DNA of 64,000 nucleotides from Hypanus sabinus. Its lineage: Eukaryota. Made by a program: the position numbers and the translations under genes. Position 1 is the stretch's first letter. Every line of letters starts with the position of its first letter. The DNA is taken from positions 41,106,001 through 41,170,000 of the forward strand of contig NC_082714.1 of assembly GCF_030144855.1 (NCBI RefSeq). The letters run 5' to 3'. Shown in pieces: positions 54,231 through 64,000 of the stretch. Under the pieces are notes generated by a model. That model was given only the letters and a program-made list of their open reading frames with translations, searched no databases and had not been told where the DNA came from.

Positions 54231-54884
54231 AATTGCTTAGTGTTTGTACTTTAAAGCAAGGTTTTGGTGAATGGTGTTTGTCACTTATTTTGGCTCTGTA
54301 AGTAATCAAATTGAGTTAAACTGCTGCAGGATCTTGTGATGTGGTTTCTCTTGGCATTTTCTGTATTTAATCCTCTTGAATTTGTTGGTGTTTTATCATG
54401 TAGTTTTGAGCATTCTCTATGTTAAACACTTGGTCCTGTATTGCCACCAGGAATCCCTCTGCTTCTAGGAAAACCTCTCCATCTCTGAGGCAGGCATTCG
54501 ACGCTTCCTTGTTGTCATCTAGTCTGCTCAGATCGTGGGAATGTCTTCCATGGAGGATCATGCTCTTCCATTGTTTAACTTTTTCTTCTATAGTTATAAT
54601 TTCTTCATTTTTTTGGCTGTTCTTTCATTTAGTTTAATAGTGTGTACTTATCAAAATTGTGTATGCTTGCATGGAGTACTGAGTCCTGTTTTTGTTGATG
54701 AGAATATATTCTTAGAAGTTTTATCTGACTGCAGTGTAAATTTTATGTCTCTTATTCCTCTTCCCACTTCTGTCCTTCTGTCCTAAGCACGTTCAAGTGT
54801 ACATAGTGTTTTCTAAAAGGTGTTTTCTCAATTCCTTTTCTTTGTACATTTTCCAGATCAGTTTCAGACCAAGATATTATGCCG

Positions 54885-55088
54885 AAAGAACACATTTAAA
54901 AATGTTGGTGGAATGCAGCAGGTCAGGCAGCATCTATAGGGAGAAGCACTGTCGACGTTTCGGGCCAAGACCCGTCCTGACGAAGGGTCTCATTTCTCCC
55001 TATAGATGCTGCCTGACCTGCTGCGTTCTACCAGCATTTTGTGTGTGTTGCTTGAATTTCCAGCACCTGCAGATTTCCTCGTGTTTGC
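54885..55088. mobile_element. Palindromic head-to-head Penelope-terminus element
   Basis: 47-bp inverted arms at 54899-54945 and 54994-55040 (3 mismatches) around hammerhead-like fragments. Confidence 0.8.
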
Positions 55089-57070
55089 CATTAATATAGG
55101 TATAAGGAAGGTGTTTATTGCCCTTGTTATATTTTTGCTATTGAGCTCCGTTTGGCAGATTTTCTTGAAGTAAGTTCTGTCAAAAGCTTTTCCTTTGTCA
55201 CATCTATTTTCTTTGCTTGTTGATATCCCAGATATTTATATGTTTCACATTTATCCACCAGTTGTATTGTACCCTGCTGCTCTGTTTTGTATTTTAGCTC
55301 TTTTGCACCTTTCATTATGTTTAATGTTCTGCATTTCTCGTGTTCAAAGTTCAAATTTATATGTTTAGAAGCTAGTTTTATGATATAAATTAATTAGTTT
55401 AGCTTTATTGATGAAGGAACATATAATTTCAAATTGTCCGTGTAGAAGGTTCAAAGGTTTAAAGGTACAATTTAATGTCAGAGAAATGTATATAGTACAA
55501 TGTACATCCTGAAATGCTTTTTCTTCACAAACATCCACTAAAACAGAGAAGAGCCCCAAAGAATGAATGACAGTTAAACATAAGAACCCCAAAGTCTCTC
55601 CCAGCTCCCCTCCCTCCTGCGTGTAGGAGTGAGTCAAGTTATCATTCATTGGTTGTTTCTGATTTAATACCCTATCTTAGTCGGGTTCACTAGAGAGCAG
55701 GTTTAAAGCTAGTCAAAACCACAGAGGGCTTAGAGAATCACCTGGAAAATGCCTTGGTTTATTTTGATAATGGTGGTTATTCTTTTTTGATTGTTAATAG
55801 ATAGGGTGATTTTAGTACACCAGTGCTTCATCAGATGTTGCAGGAATTTCTCAAGTATTGGGTGTAGTTTACATGTGTAAAGAACTTCTATTAACCATAA
55901 GTCTGGGACAAAATCAAATGCTTTCTGGTAGTCAATTACAACAACATGAAAGGTTTCTGCTTTAAAGCTGGGCTTGATTTAGAATTACAGAATCTATTAT
56001 CAGTTGTTCTTTACATCCCTTCATACCCTTATGGCATCCTGTCTGCTCTGCTGTAAGTATATTGTGGTTATGCAAGTGAGTGGTGATTAGTTGTGAGATA
56101 CATGATGCTAAAATTTTGAATAATGTGAGCTGCCTTAATGACTATCGCCCAGTAGCTCTCACATCTACAGTGATGAAATGCTTTGAGAGGTTGGTCATGG
56201 TAGATGCAATCTCAGCGGCTCTTCACACGGCCTTAGATCACCTGACAATACAAACACCTACATCAGGATGTTGTTCATCGACTATAGCTCAGCATCTAAT
56301 ACCATCAGTCCCACAATCCTGATTGAGAAGTTGCAGAACCTGGGCCTCTGTACCTCCCTCTACAATTGACTTCCTAACAGGAAGACTACAATCTGTGCGG
56401 ATTGGTGATAATATATCCTTCTTGCCGACAATCAATATTGGTGCACCTCAGGGGTGTGTGCTTAGCCCACTGCTCTACTCTCTATATACACATGACTGTG
56501 TGGCTAGGCATAGCTCAAATACCATCTGTAAATTTGCTGATGATTCAACCATTGTTGGTAGAATCTCAGGTGGTGACAAGAGGGCATACTGGAGTGAGAT
56601 ATGCCAACTAATGGAATGGTGCTGCAGCAACAACCTGGCGCTCAGTGTCAGTAAGACGAAAGAGCTGATCGTGGACTTCCAGAAGGGTAAAATGAAGGAA
56701 AACATACCAATCCTTATTGAGGGATCAGAAGTGGAGCGAGTGAGCAGTTTCAAGTTCCTGGGTGTCAAGATCTCTGAGGACCTAACCTAGTCCCAAAATA
56801 TTGATGCAGTTATAAAGAAGGCGAAACAATGGCTATACTTCATTAGAAGTTTGAAGAGATTTGGTATGTCAACAAAACACTCAAAAACTTATATGGATGT
56901 ACAGTGGAGAGCATTCCGACAGGCTGCATCACTGTCTGGTATGGGGGGAGGGGGTGGCTACTGCACAGGACCAAATGAAGGGTTGTAAATCTAGTCAGCT
57001 CCATCTTGGGTACTAGCTTACGAAGTACCCAGGACTTTTTCAAGTACTGGTGTCTCAGAAAGGCAGTGTC

Positions 57071-58183
57071 CCAGCGTTCTCAAACGCATCTCTCCCATTT
57101 CCCGCACATCTGCCCTCACCCCATCCACCCGCCACCCCACTCGGGATAGCGTTCCCCTTGTCCTTACCTACCACCCCACCAGCCTCCAGGTCCAACATAT
57201 AGTTCTTCGTAACTTCCGCCACCTCCAACGGGATCCCACTACCAAACACATTTTTCCCTCCCCACCCTTTCTGCTTTTCGCAGGGATTGCTCCCTACATG
57301 ACTCCCTTGTCCACTCGTTCCCCCCCCCCCCATCCCTTCCCACTGATCTCCCTCCTGGCACTTATCCTTGTAAATGGAACAAGTGCTACACCTGCCCTTA
57401 CACTTCCTCCCTCACCACCATTCAGGGCCCCAGACAGTCCTTCCAGGTGAGGCGACACTTCACCTGTGAGTCGGCTGGTGTGGTATACTGTGTCCGGTGC
57501 TCCTGGTGTGGCCTTTTATATATTGGTGAGACCCGATGCAGACTGGGAGACCATTTCGTGGCACACTTACACTCCGTCTGCCAGAAAAAGCAGGATCTCC
57601 CAGTGGCCACACATTTTAATTCCACGTCCCATTCCCATTCTGATATGTCTATCCATGGCCTCCTCTACTGTCAAAATGAATCCAAACTCAGGTTGGAGGA
57701 ACAACACCTTATATAACGGCTGGGTAGCCTCCAACCTGATGGCATGAACTTTGACTTCTCTAACTTCCGTTAATGCCCCTCCTCCCCTTCTTACCCCATC
57801 CCTGACATATTTAGTTGTTTGCCTGTTCTCCATCTCCCTCTGGTGCTCCCCCCACCCCCCGCCTTTCTTTCTCCCTAGGCCTCCCGTCCCATGATCCTTT
57901 CCCTTCTCCAGCTCTATATCCCTTTTGCCAATCACCTGTCTGGCTCTTAGCTTCATCCCACCCCCTCCGGTCTACTCCTATCATTTCGCATTTCCCCCTC
58001 CCCCCCTCTACTTTCAAATCTCTTACTATCTTTCCTTTCAGTTAGTCCTAACGAAGGGTCTCGGCCCGAAACGTCGACATCGCTTCTCCCTATACATGCT
58101 GCCTAGCCTGCTGTGTTCTACCAGCATTTTGTGTGTGTTGTTGTTTGAATTCCCAGCATCTGCAGATTTCCTCATGTTTGTCC
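57071..58183 (+). mobile_element. Penelope-like element 3' part (GIY-YIG endonuclease and terminal repeat)
   Basis: ORF 57447-57716 FTCESAGVVYCVRCSWCGLLYIGET; terminal hammerhead-like motif; host Rex1 sequence resumes at about 58184. Confidence 0.88.
58044..58078 (+). ncRNA. Minimal hammerhead ribozyme-like motif with a core variant (CTAACGA)
   Basis: agtc-CTAACGA-agggtctcggccc-GAAAC-GTC-gac. Confidence 0.5.
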
Positions 58184-59050
58184 TTTATTGAGGACCTCCA
58201 GCACCCAGGGCATGCCGATTCCTCACTATTGCCATCACTATTGATAGGAGGTACAGAAGCCTGAAGGCACACACTCAGCAATTCAAGAACAGCTTCTTCC
58301 CCCTGCCATCCGATTCCTAAATGGACATTGAACCTGTGAACACTACGTCACTTTTTAAATATATATTATTTCTGCTTTTTGCATGATTTTTAATCTATAC
58401 AATATACATATACTGTAATTGATTTACTTATTTATTAATGATTATTTTTATTTTGCTTTGCTTTTATCTTCTATATTATGTATTGCATTGACCTGCTGCC
58501 ACTAGCTTAACAAACTTCACAACACTTGCTGGTGATAATAAACCTGATTCTGATTTTATATATAGTTTGTAAACAAGTTATAGGATGATATTTTGATGGA
58601 TCATTTATGATCTCTCCTTTAGGTAACAGAAATATTTTACCTTCTGTTATTTTCAAAAATCTGGGCACTTTTTCAGGATTTTTGTGACCAATAGGTACGG
58701 ATGAAGGCAAGTACATTTCTTATCCCTGTAACTATGAATATTATCTCATGGCTGGTACTTTTTCAATTGTGGGTATTCTTTAGAACTGCTTTTAACATAT
58801 CCCTTGTAACTTCAGGTGTTATCATGTCTTTAGTTGTGTGAATGTATTCTTTTTCCTCCACAATCCAGTTTGTTTCTTGATTGTGGGTCACCCTGTTTGA
58901 CCAGATATTAGTTCAAAGGCTCGTTATCATTGTGCTTGTTGGTAATTCTGTGCCAGGGTTGCTGACACTTTGGTGCATGGAATTTAGTTTCAATGTTCAT
59001 TTATTATCCCGTTGTAATATGGAAATTTAATTTATTTGCTGATCAGAAAT

Positions 59051-59530
59051 TGTTGTGAAAGTTGTTTCCACCGTACTGATTAATGTCCATGCTGCAGGTA
59101 TGTAGCCGACTTCCTATTGGTTAGCTCTCATGACATGAGGCACCAGTTTCTGGTCTCAGGTCACATGCTGCGATATGGCTTCTGGTCTTCAGGTATAAAG
59201 ATGATCATACGTGTGTGAGTGGCTCTCTTGACCCTGAGCTCTCTCCAGACTGCACTGGAAGGTGTGTTGCAATTAATAAGGGGAGGGGTTCGTGCATCGG
59301 GTGCACACCTAGTTAAGTCATTGTTTATTGCTTGTTTTATCTTGTTTTATCATGGATGGATTTAACACGTGTATCGATTGTAGTAGATTGGGTGACTTGG
59401 AAGAGTGCTTGTTTGACTTACATGTGAGCAAAGTGTTTCATTGCTTGCTTGTGAATACACAGTTGTTGTACTTATCTGCAATCAGCATCTGCTGTTTCGC
59501 TTACCGAACCCACAAACCTGCTTCCTTTCA
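59051..59530 (+). mobile_element. Solo LTR, 480 bp, TG...CA with 4-bp TSD
   Basis: AAAT at 59047-59050 and 59531-59534; ATTGG at 59116 and TATAAA at 59194; removal rejoins the R4 sequence. Confidence 0.75.
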
Positions 59531-59673
59531 AAATCTGTATAAAACTTTTTCATAGTTCCCAAACTGATAATTCTGTTTACTTTGTCTGATGCATTTCATG
59601 TATCTATTTCGTCTGTCTTTGTATGCACTGAGTTTCTGTTGTGGTGCAGCAATAAATTCTACAATGCTATCTC

Positions 59674-60125
59674 AAGGAAATCTGCAGATGCTGGAAATTC
59701 AAACAACACTCACAAAATGCTGGTGGAACACAGCAGGCCAGGCAGCATCTATAAGGAGAAGCACTGTCGATGTTTCAGGCCGAGTCCCTTCGTCAGGACT
59801 AACTGGAAGGAGAGATACTAAGAGATTTGAAAGTAGTGGGGGGAGGGGGAAATGCTAAATGATAGAAGAAGACCGGAGGGGGTGGGATGAAGCTAAGAGC
59901 TGGAAAGGTGATTGGTGAAAGTGATACCGAGAGGGGAAAAGATCATGGGATGGGAGGCCTCGGGAGAAAGAGTGGGGGGGGGGGGAGCACCAGAGGGAGA
60001 TGGAGAACAGGCAGGGTGATGGGCAGAGAGAGAGAGAGAAAAAAACAAACCACTAAATATGTCAGGGATGGGGTAAGAAGGGGAGGAGGGGCATTAACGG
60101 AAGTTAGAGAAGTCAATGTTCATGT
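59674..60125 (-). mobile_element. Penelope-like terminal fragment
   Basis: Reverse complement of about 57740-58180. Confidence 0.85.
59765..59800 (-). ncRNA. Minimal hammerhead-like motif
   Basis: Minus: agtc-CTGACGA-agggactcggcct-GAAAC-ATC-gac. Confidence 0.45.
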
Positions 60126-60384
60126 CATGACAGTATTTTGTGTGTGTTGTCTACAATGCTATGTTAGGTTGATCGTAACTTGTTATAGACCTTATATTTC
60201 CTTAACTTTTCTCTTAACTTTCTTCCTCAGGTCCTTTTAATACTCCATTAGGTGGGCTATTTCTGTATTTATGGTTTCAATTTTGTTTCTTAATCTCTTT
60301 TGCCATTTGGGTGTCCTCATTTCATTACTCAGTTTTGGGTTTCTATTAATGAATGTCTCTGTTTTTGAGCCATTGCTGTTAATG

Positions 60385-60673
60385 TTATTGTGTGTAGTTC
60401 TTCAAATGTTTCAAGTTTTCCTGAATATTGTGGTAATATAACATTGTTGAGATATAATATAATAATATATGATTATTATTTCTTTTTTTTCCTCTTTTAT
60501 TTTGTATATGCATAGAGTTTTTTTGTAACTTTGGTTGTTTTTGGGTGTGGTCTTTCACTGATTCTATTGTGTTTGTTGTAATTACTGTGACTGCCTGCAA
60601 GAAAATGAATCTTGGAGTTGTATACAGTGACATATATATACTGTAGTTTGATAATATTTACTTTGAACTTTGA
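60385..60673 (+). mobile_element. Rex1-type 3' UTR fragment
   Basis: gcctgcaagaaaatgaatct...tactttgaactttgaa tail. Confidence 0.65.
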
Positions 60674-62362
60674 ATGCCCCTATTCTGGGCTATAATGCTT
60701 GCAGCTAAAGACTGAGTAAGTTCGGGCAAGGTGTTGGAGAGGGATCAAATTCTTGAATCGTGGTCAGGCAGGGAGAGAATTGAAAAATGGATCTTGGATT
60801 GGGGAAGAAGTGGGGAAAAGAAAAATCTGACACATATTGTTTTGCATGATAGCTCCCTCCAAATGTTGCTGGCTTTGTAAAACAAAAGTTTGACATTGAA
60901 GATTTGATGCATCTGTTTTCTATCTGCACTGTATTCTGTGTTGTGTGTTTATTATGGTAGTCAGTCACATGGGTGGGGGAGTGGTTAAAGTGTAGTGTTT
61001 AGGTGCGTATTTGGGCTTTGCTCTTGGCAGTTTAGTTTAGAACTGGGGACCAAGAGGTGTCATATCTTTAGTTGACTACTTCATTTCATTTAATTATGCT
61101 TCATTACATCGCTTCAAGATTGTTTGTCTTGCTGTTGCTAATAAAGGATTAAATACATTTCTTCAGTTAGTTGGAACACAATTATTGGATTGATCCAAGT
61201 GCATGTCAAACAAGGATAACAATCATTGGGGGTCGCCAGTAGTGTTAGAGTTTACCCATACGGAATGTTGAACGACATTCTGAGCACATTACTTTTTGAA
61301 GTCAAACAATCATTATAAAGTAAAATAAAACACTTTATGTTACGCAGAAAATAAGGTGCAGACGTTCATATACCAATTATCTATAGCCCTTTTCTGAGAA
61401 ATACAGCATACAATAACAGTATTAATCAAAGCCTCAGTATGGGGTAATATTCTGAAGGAAGGCTTGCTTGCAAGAAATTTTCTTTAGTGATCTTGATCTT
61501 ATATTCCAGAAAAGCACAAAATTTACTTTTTTTAATGAAATGTCATATGTTTATTTTCTCATAAAATTCACTGTTACTAAGGAAACATCATGTTCTAAAT
61601 TCTGAATAACAATTAAAGCACTTAATGCATGCTGTACAGTCGAGGGAGGTATGTTCGCTGTCATGGATCTCTCATAGGGATTTCCAGTCATAGATTGGCC
61701 ACGAAAACCAATGGGAGGGACAGGGGACAGCATATTAGTAAGTGAGTCATCTTATACCCAAGTGAAGCACAGATCAGAGCCACAATGTAGCCATTAGCAC
61801 AATTGCAGGAACTGTATTTTGCCATTTCATAATGGTACTTAAGAACAAAATATAAAACCTACATAAAATGAATCTAATTATGCATTTTATTTAAGTGTTC
61901 AAGATTGGCAGAGCTGATGAAAGCTCTTTTGCTGCAAATTCAGTATAGTGTGTCATTTATCCCTTTATTACTTTGACATATACAGTTGAATGAATGTTCA
62001 AAGTAAACTTATTATCAAAGTCGGTGTATGTCACCATGTACTTCTTTGAGATTCATTTTCTTGCAGGCATTTACAAGAACATACAAAGAAAGTTATGAAA
62101 ACTATACAAAACATAGACTGACAACAAATAACAACCAACATGCAAAAGCAAAAACTGACAAACAATCAATATGCATAACACTCTTAAGCTTTATACACAC
62201 TGGGTATCAGGTCTGAAATTTTATAAATTGTTTTGAAAAAAATAAGCAAGTAGCTTTGAAGTCCAATCACAAACAGAGAAAACCTTCAGATGCTGGGAAT
62301 CTAAGCAACACTCACAAAATGCTGGAGGAACTCAGCAGGCCAGGCATCCACAGAAAAGAGTA

Positions 62363-62400
62363 CAGTCGACGTTTCGGGCCGAGACCCATCATTAGGACTG
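62363..62400 (-). ncRNA. Minimal hammerhead-like motif with perfect 5-bp stem I and core variant CTAATGA
   Basis: Minus: cagtc-CTAATGA-tgggtctcggccc-GAAAC-GTC-gactg. Confidence 0.5.
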
Positions 62401-63362
62401 GAGGAGAAAGATAAGGAGTCAGAGTAAGAAGCTGGGAGAGGGGAGGAAGAAACACAAGGAGATAGGTGAAACTGGGGAGGGGGTGGGGAGAGAGGTGAAG
62501 TTTCTCCCTCCCCTTTCATGACTTCTCTGTCTCTTTCTCTGGACGCAGCTTATCTACTGATGTCTATTATAAACCCACTGACTCTCACAGCTACCTGGAT
62601 TATATCTCTTCCCACCCTGTTACTTGTAAAAATACCATCCCCTTCACTCAATTCTTCCATCTCCGCCACATCTGCTCTTAGGATGAGGCTTTTCATTCCA
62701 GAACAAATGAGTCCTTTCTTCAAAGAAAGGACTTTGCTTCCTCCACCATCAACACTGCCCTCAACTTCATCTCTTCCATTTCGCACACATCTGATCTCAC
62801 CCATCCTCCCGCCACCTTACCCGGGATAGGGTTCTTTTTGTCCTCGCTGACCATCCCACCAGCCTCCGCATCCAGCACATAATTCTCTGGAACTTCCACC
62901 ATCTCCAATGGGATCCCACCACCAAACACATCTTTCCCTCCCCCCCACCCCCCAACTTTCTGCTTTCCACAGGGTCGTCCTTGTCTATTTGTCCTCCCCA
63001 CTGATCTCCCTCCTATTATTTATCTTTGCAAGTGGAGCAAGTGTTACAGCTCCTCCCTCGTTACCATTCAGGGCCCCAAACAATCCTTCCAGGTGAGGTG
63101 ACACTGTACCTGTGAGTCTGTTGGGGTCATATACTGTGTCTGGTGCTCCCAGTTTATCGGTGAGACCCAAAGTAGATTGGGAAACCATTTCACCGAGCAC
63201 CTACGCTCTGTCCACCAGAAAAGGCTGGATCTCCCAATGGCCATCCATTTTAATTCCACTACGCAAACACGAGGAAATCTGCAGATGCTGGAAATTCAAG
63301 CAACGCACACAAAATGCTGGTGGAACACAGCAGGCCAGGCAGAATCTATAGGAAGAAGTACT

Positions 63363-63397
63363 GTCGACGTTTCGGGCTGAGACCCTTCGTCAGGGCT
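63363..63397 (-). ncRNA. Minimal hammerhead-like motif with intact core
   Basis: Minus: agcc-CTGACGA-agggtctcagccc-GAAAC-GTC-gac. Confidence 0.55.
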
Positions 63398-64000
63398 AAC
63401 TGAAAGAAAGGATAGTAAGAGATTTGAAAGTAGGAGGGGGAGGGGGAAATCCTAAATGGTAGAAGACAGGAGAGGGTGGGGTGAAGCTAAGAGCTGGAAA
63501 GGTGATTAGAAAAAGGGATATAGAGCTGGAGAAGGGAAAAGATCATGGATGGGAGGCCTAGGGAGAAAGAAAGGGGGAGGGGAGCACCAGAGGGAGATGG
63601 AGAACAGGCAAAAAGTGATGGGCAGGGAGGTTGGAGGCTACCCAGATGGAATATAAGGTGTTGTTCCTCCAACCTGAGTGTGGCTTCATCTTGACAGTAG
63701 AGGAGGCCATGGAGAGACATATTAGAATGGGAATGGGACGTGGAATTAAAATGTGTAGCCACAAGGATAAGTGCTGCCTGGCCTGCTGCATTCCACCAGC
63801 ATTTTGTGTGTGTTGCTTTAATTCCACTTCTCATTCTCATTTTGACATGTCAGTCCATGCCCTCCTCTGCTGTCATGAGGCCACACTCAGGTTGGAGGAG
63901 CAACACCTTATATTCTGACAGGGCAAACTCCAACCTGATGGCATGAACATCGATTTCTCAAACTTCCTGTAAATCCCCCCCTCCCCGTCACCATTTCCCA

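Larger units (their letters stand above)
56118..58557 (+). mobile_element. Rex1/Babar LINE 3' half inserted into the R4 element and split by a Penelope element
   Basis: [26 protein letters not shown]; tail aataaacctgattctgatt. Confidence 0.88.
54240..61230 (-). mobile_element. R4/Dong/Rex6-clade non-LTR retrotransposon, fragmented by nested insertions
   Basis: Colinear minus-strand motifs: PKWQKRLRNKI (about 60300), QKLSAYKDRRNRY (about 59610), LLPK..DPSKYHPITCLQTIYK (about 58590), EQTGCHKGMKGCKEQLIID (about 56020), IDYQKAFD (about 55925), GDSLSPLWF (about 55730), YTDNLKLY (about 55435), YKYLG (about 55230), LHGRH...EGFLVAIQDQV (about 54450). Confidence 0.8.
62270..64000. mobile_element. Cluster of Penelope-like fragments in alternating orientation
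   Basis: Minus terminus 62270-62520; plus RT end and GIY-YIG remnants 62520-63262; minus copy 63265-63770; plus continuation to the window end. Confidence 0.85.

Noticed and set aside
61550-61860. ATP5MF, PDAP1 or ARPC1A/B exon
   Set aside because: Translations in the frames examined do not match those proteins

Overview
Eukaryotic (vertebrate) genomic DNA. The repeat content (CR1/HER1-type 3' ends, V-SINE core, Rex1/Babar LINEs, abundant Penelope-like elements) suggests a cartilaginous fish, probably a ray (inference). Three conserved housekeeping genes can be spliced by hand with clean GT-AG junctions and open frames: CPSF4 (minus strand, coding exons 1-5; the rest runs off the left edge), PTCD1 (plus strand, 8 coding exons, 713 aa) and BUD31 (minus strand, 4 coding exons, 144 aa). 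Their order matches the human BUD31-PTCD1-CPSF4 block, with a bidirectional CPSF4/PTCD1 promoter. Almost everything else is mobile DNA, often nested: a full-length RPS19 retrocopy with TSD inside a Rex1 LINE; a Tigger/pogo element inside a Tc1 element; an L1-like element inside a CR1; and an R4/Dong-clade retrotransposon split by Rex1, Penelope and solo-LTR insertions. Several Penelope termini carry minimal hammerhead-ribozyme motifs. I see no convincing new biological system; the best leads are transposon biology and gene-structure differences. Exon boundaries and TSDs were read directly from the sequence; boundaries of degraded TEs are approximate.
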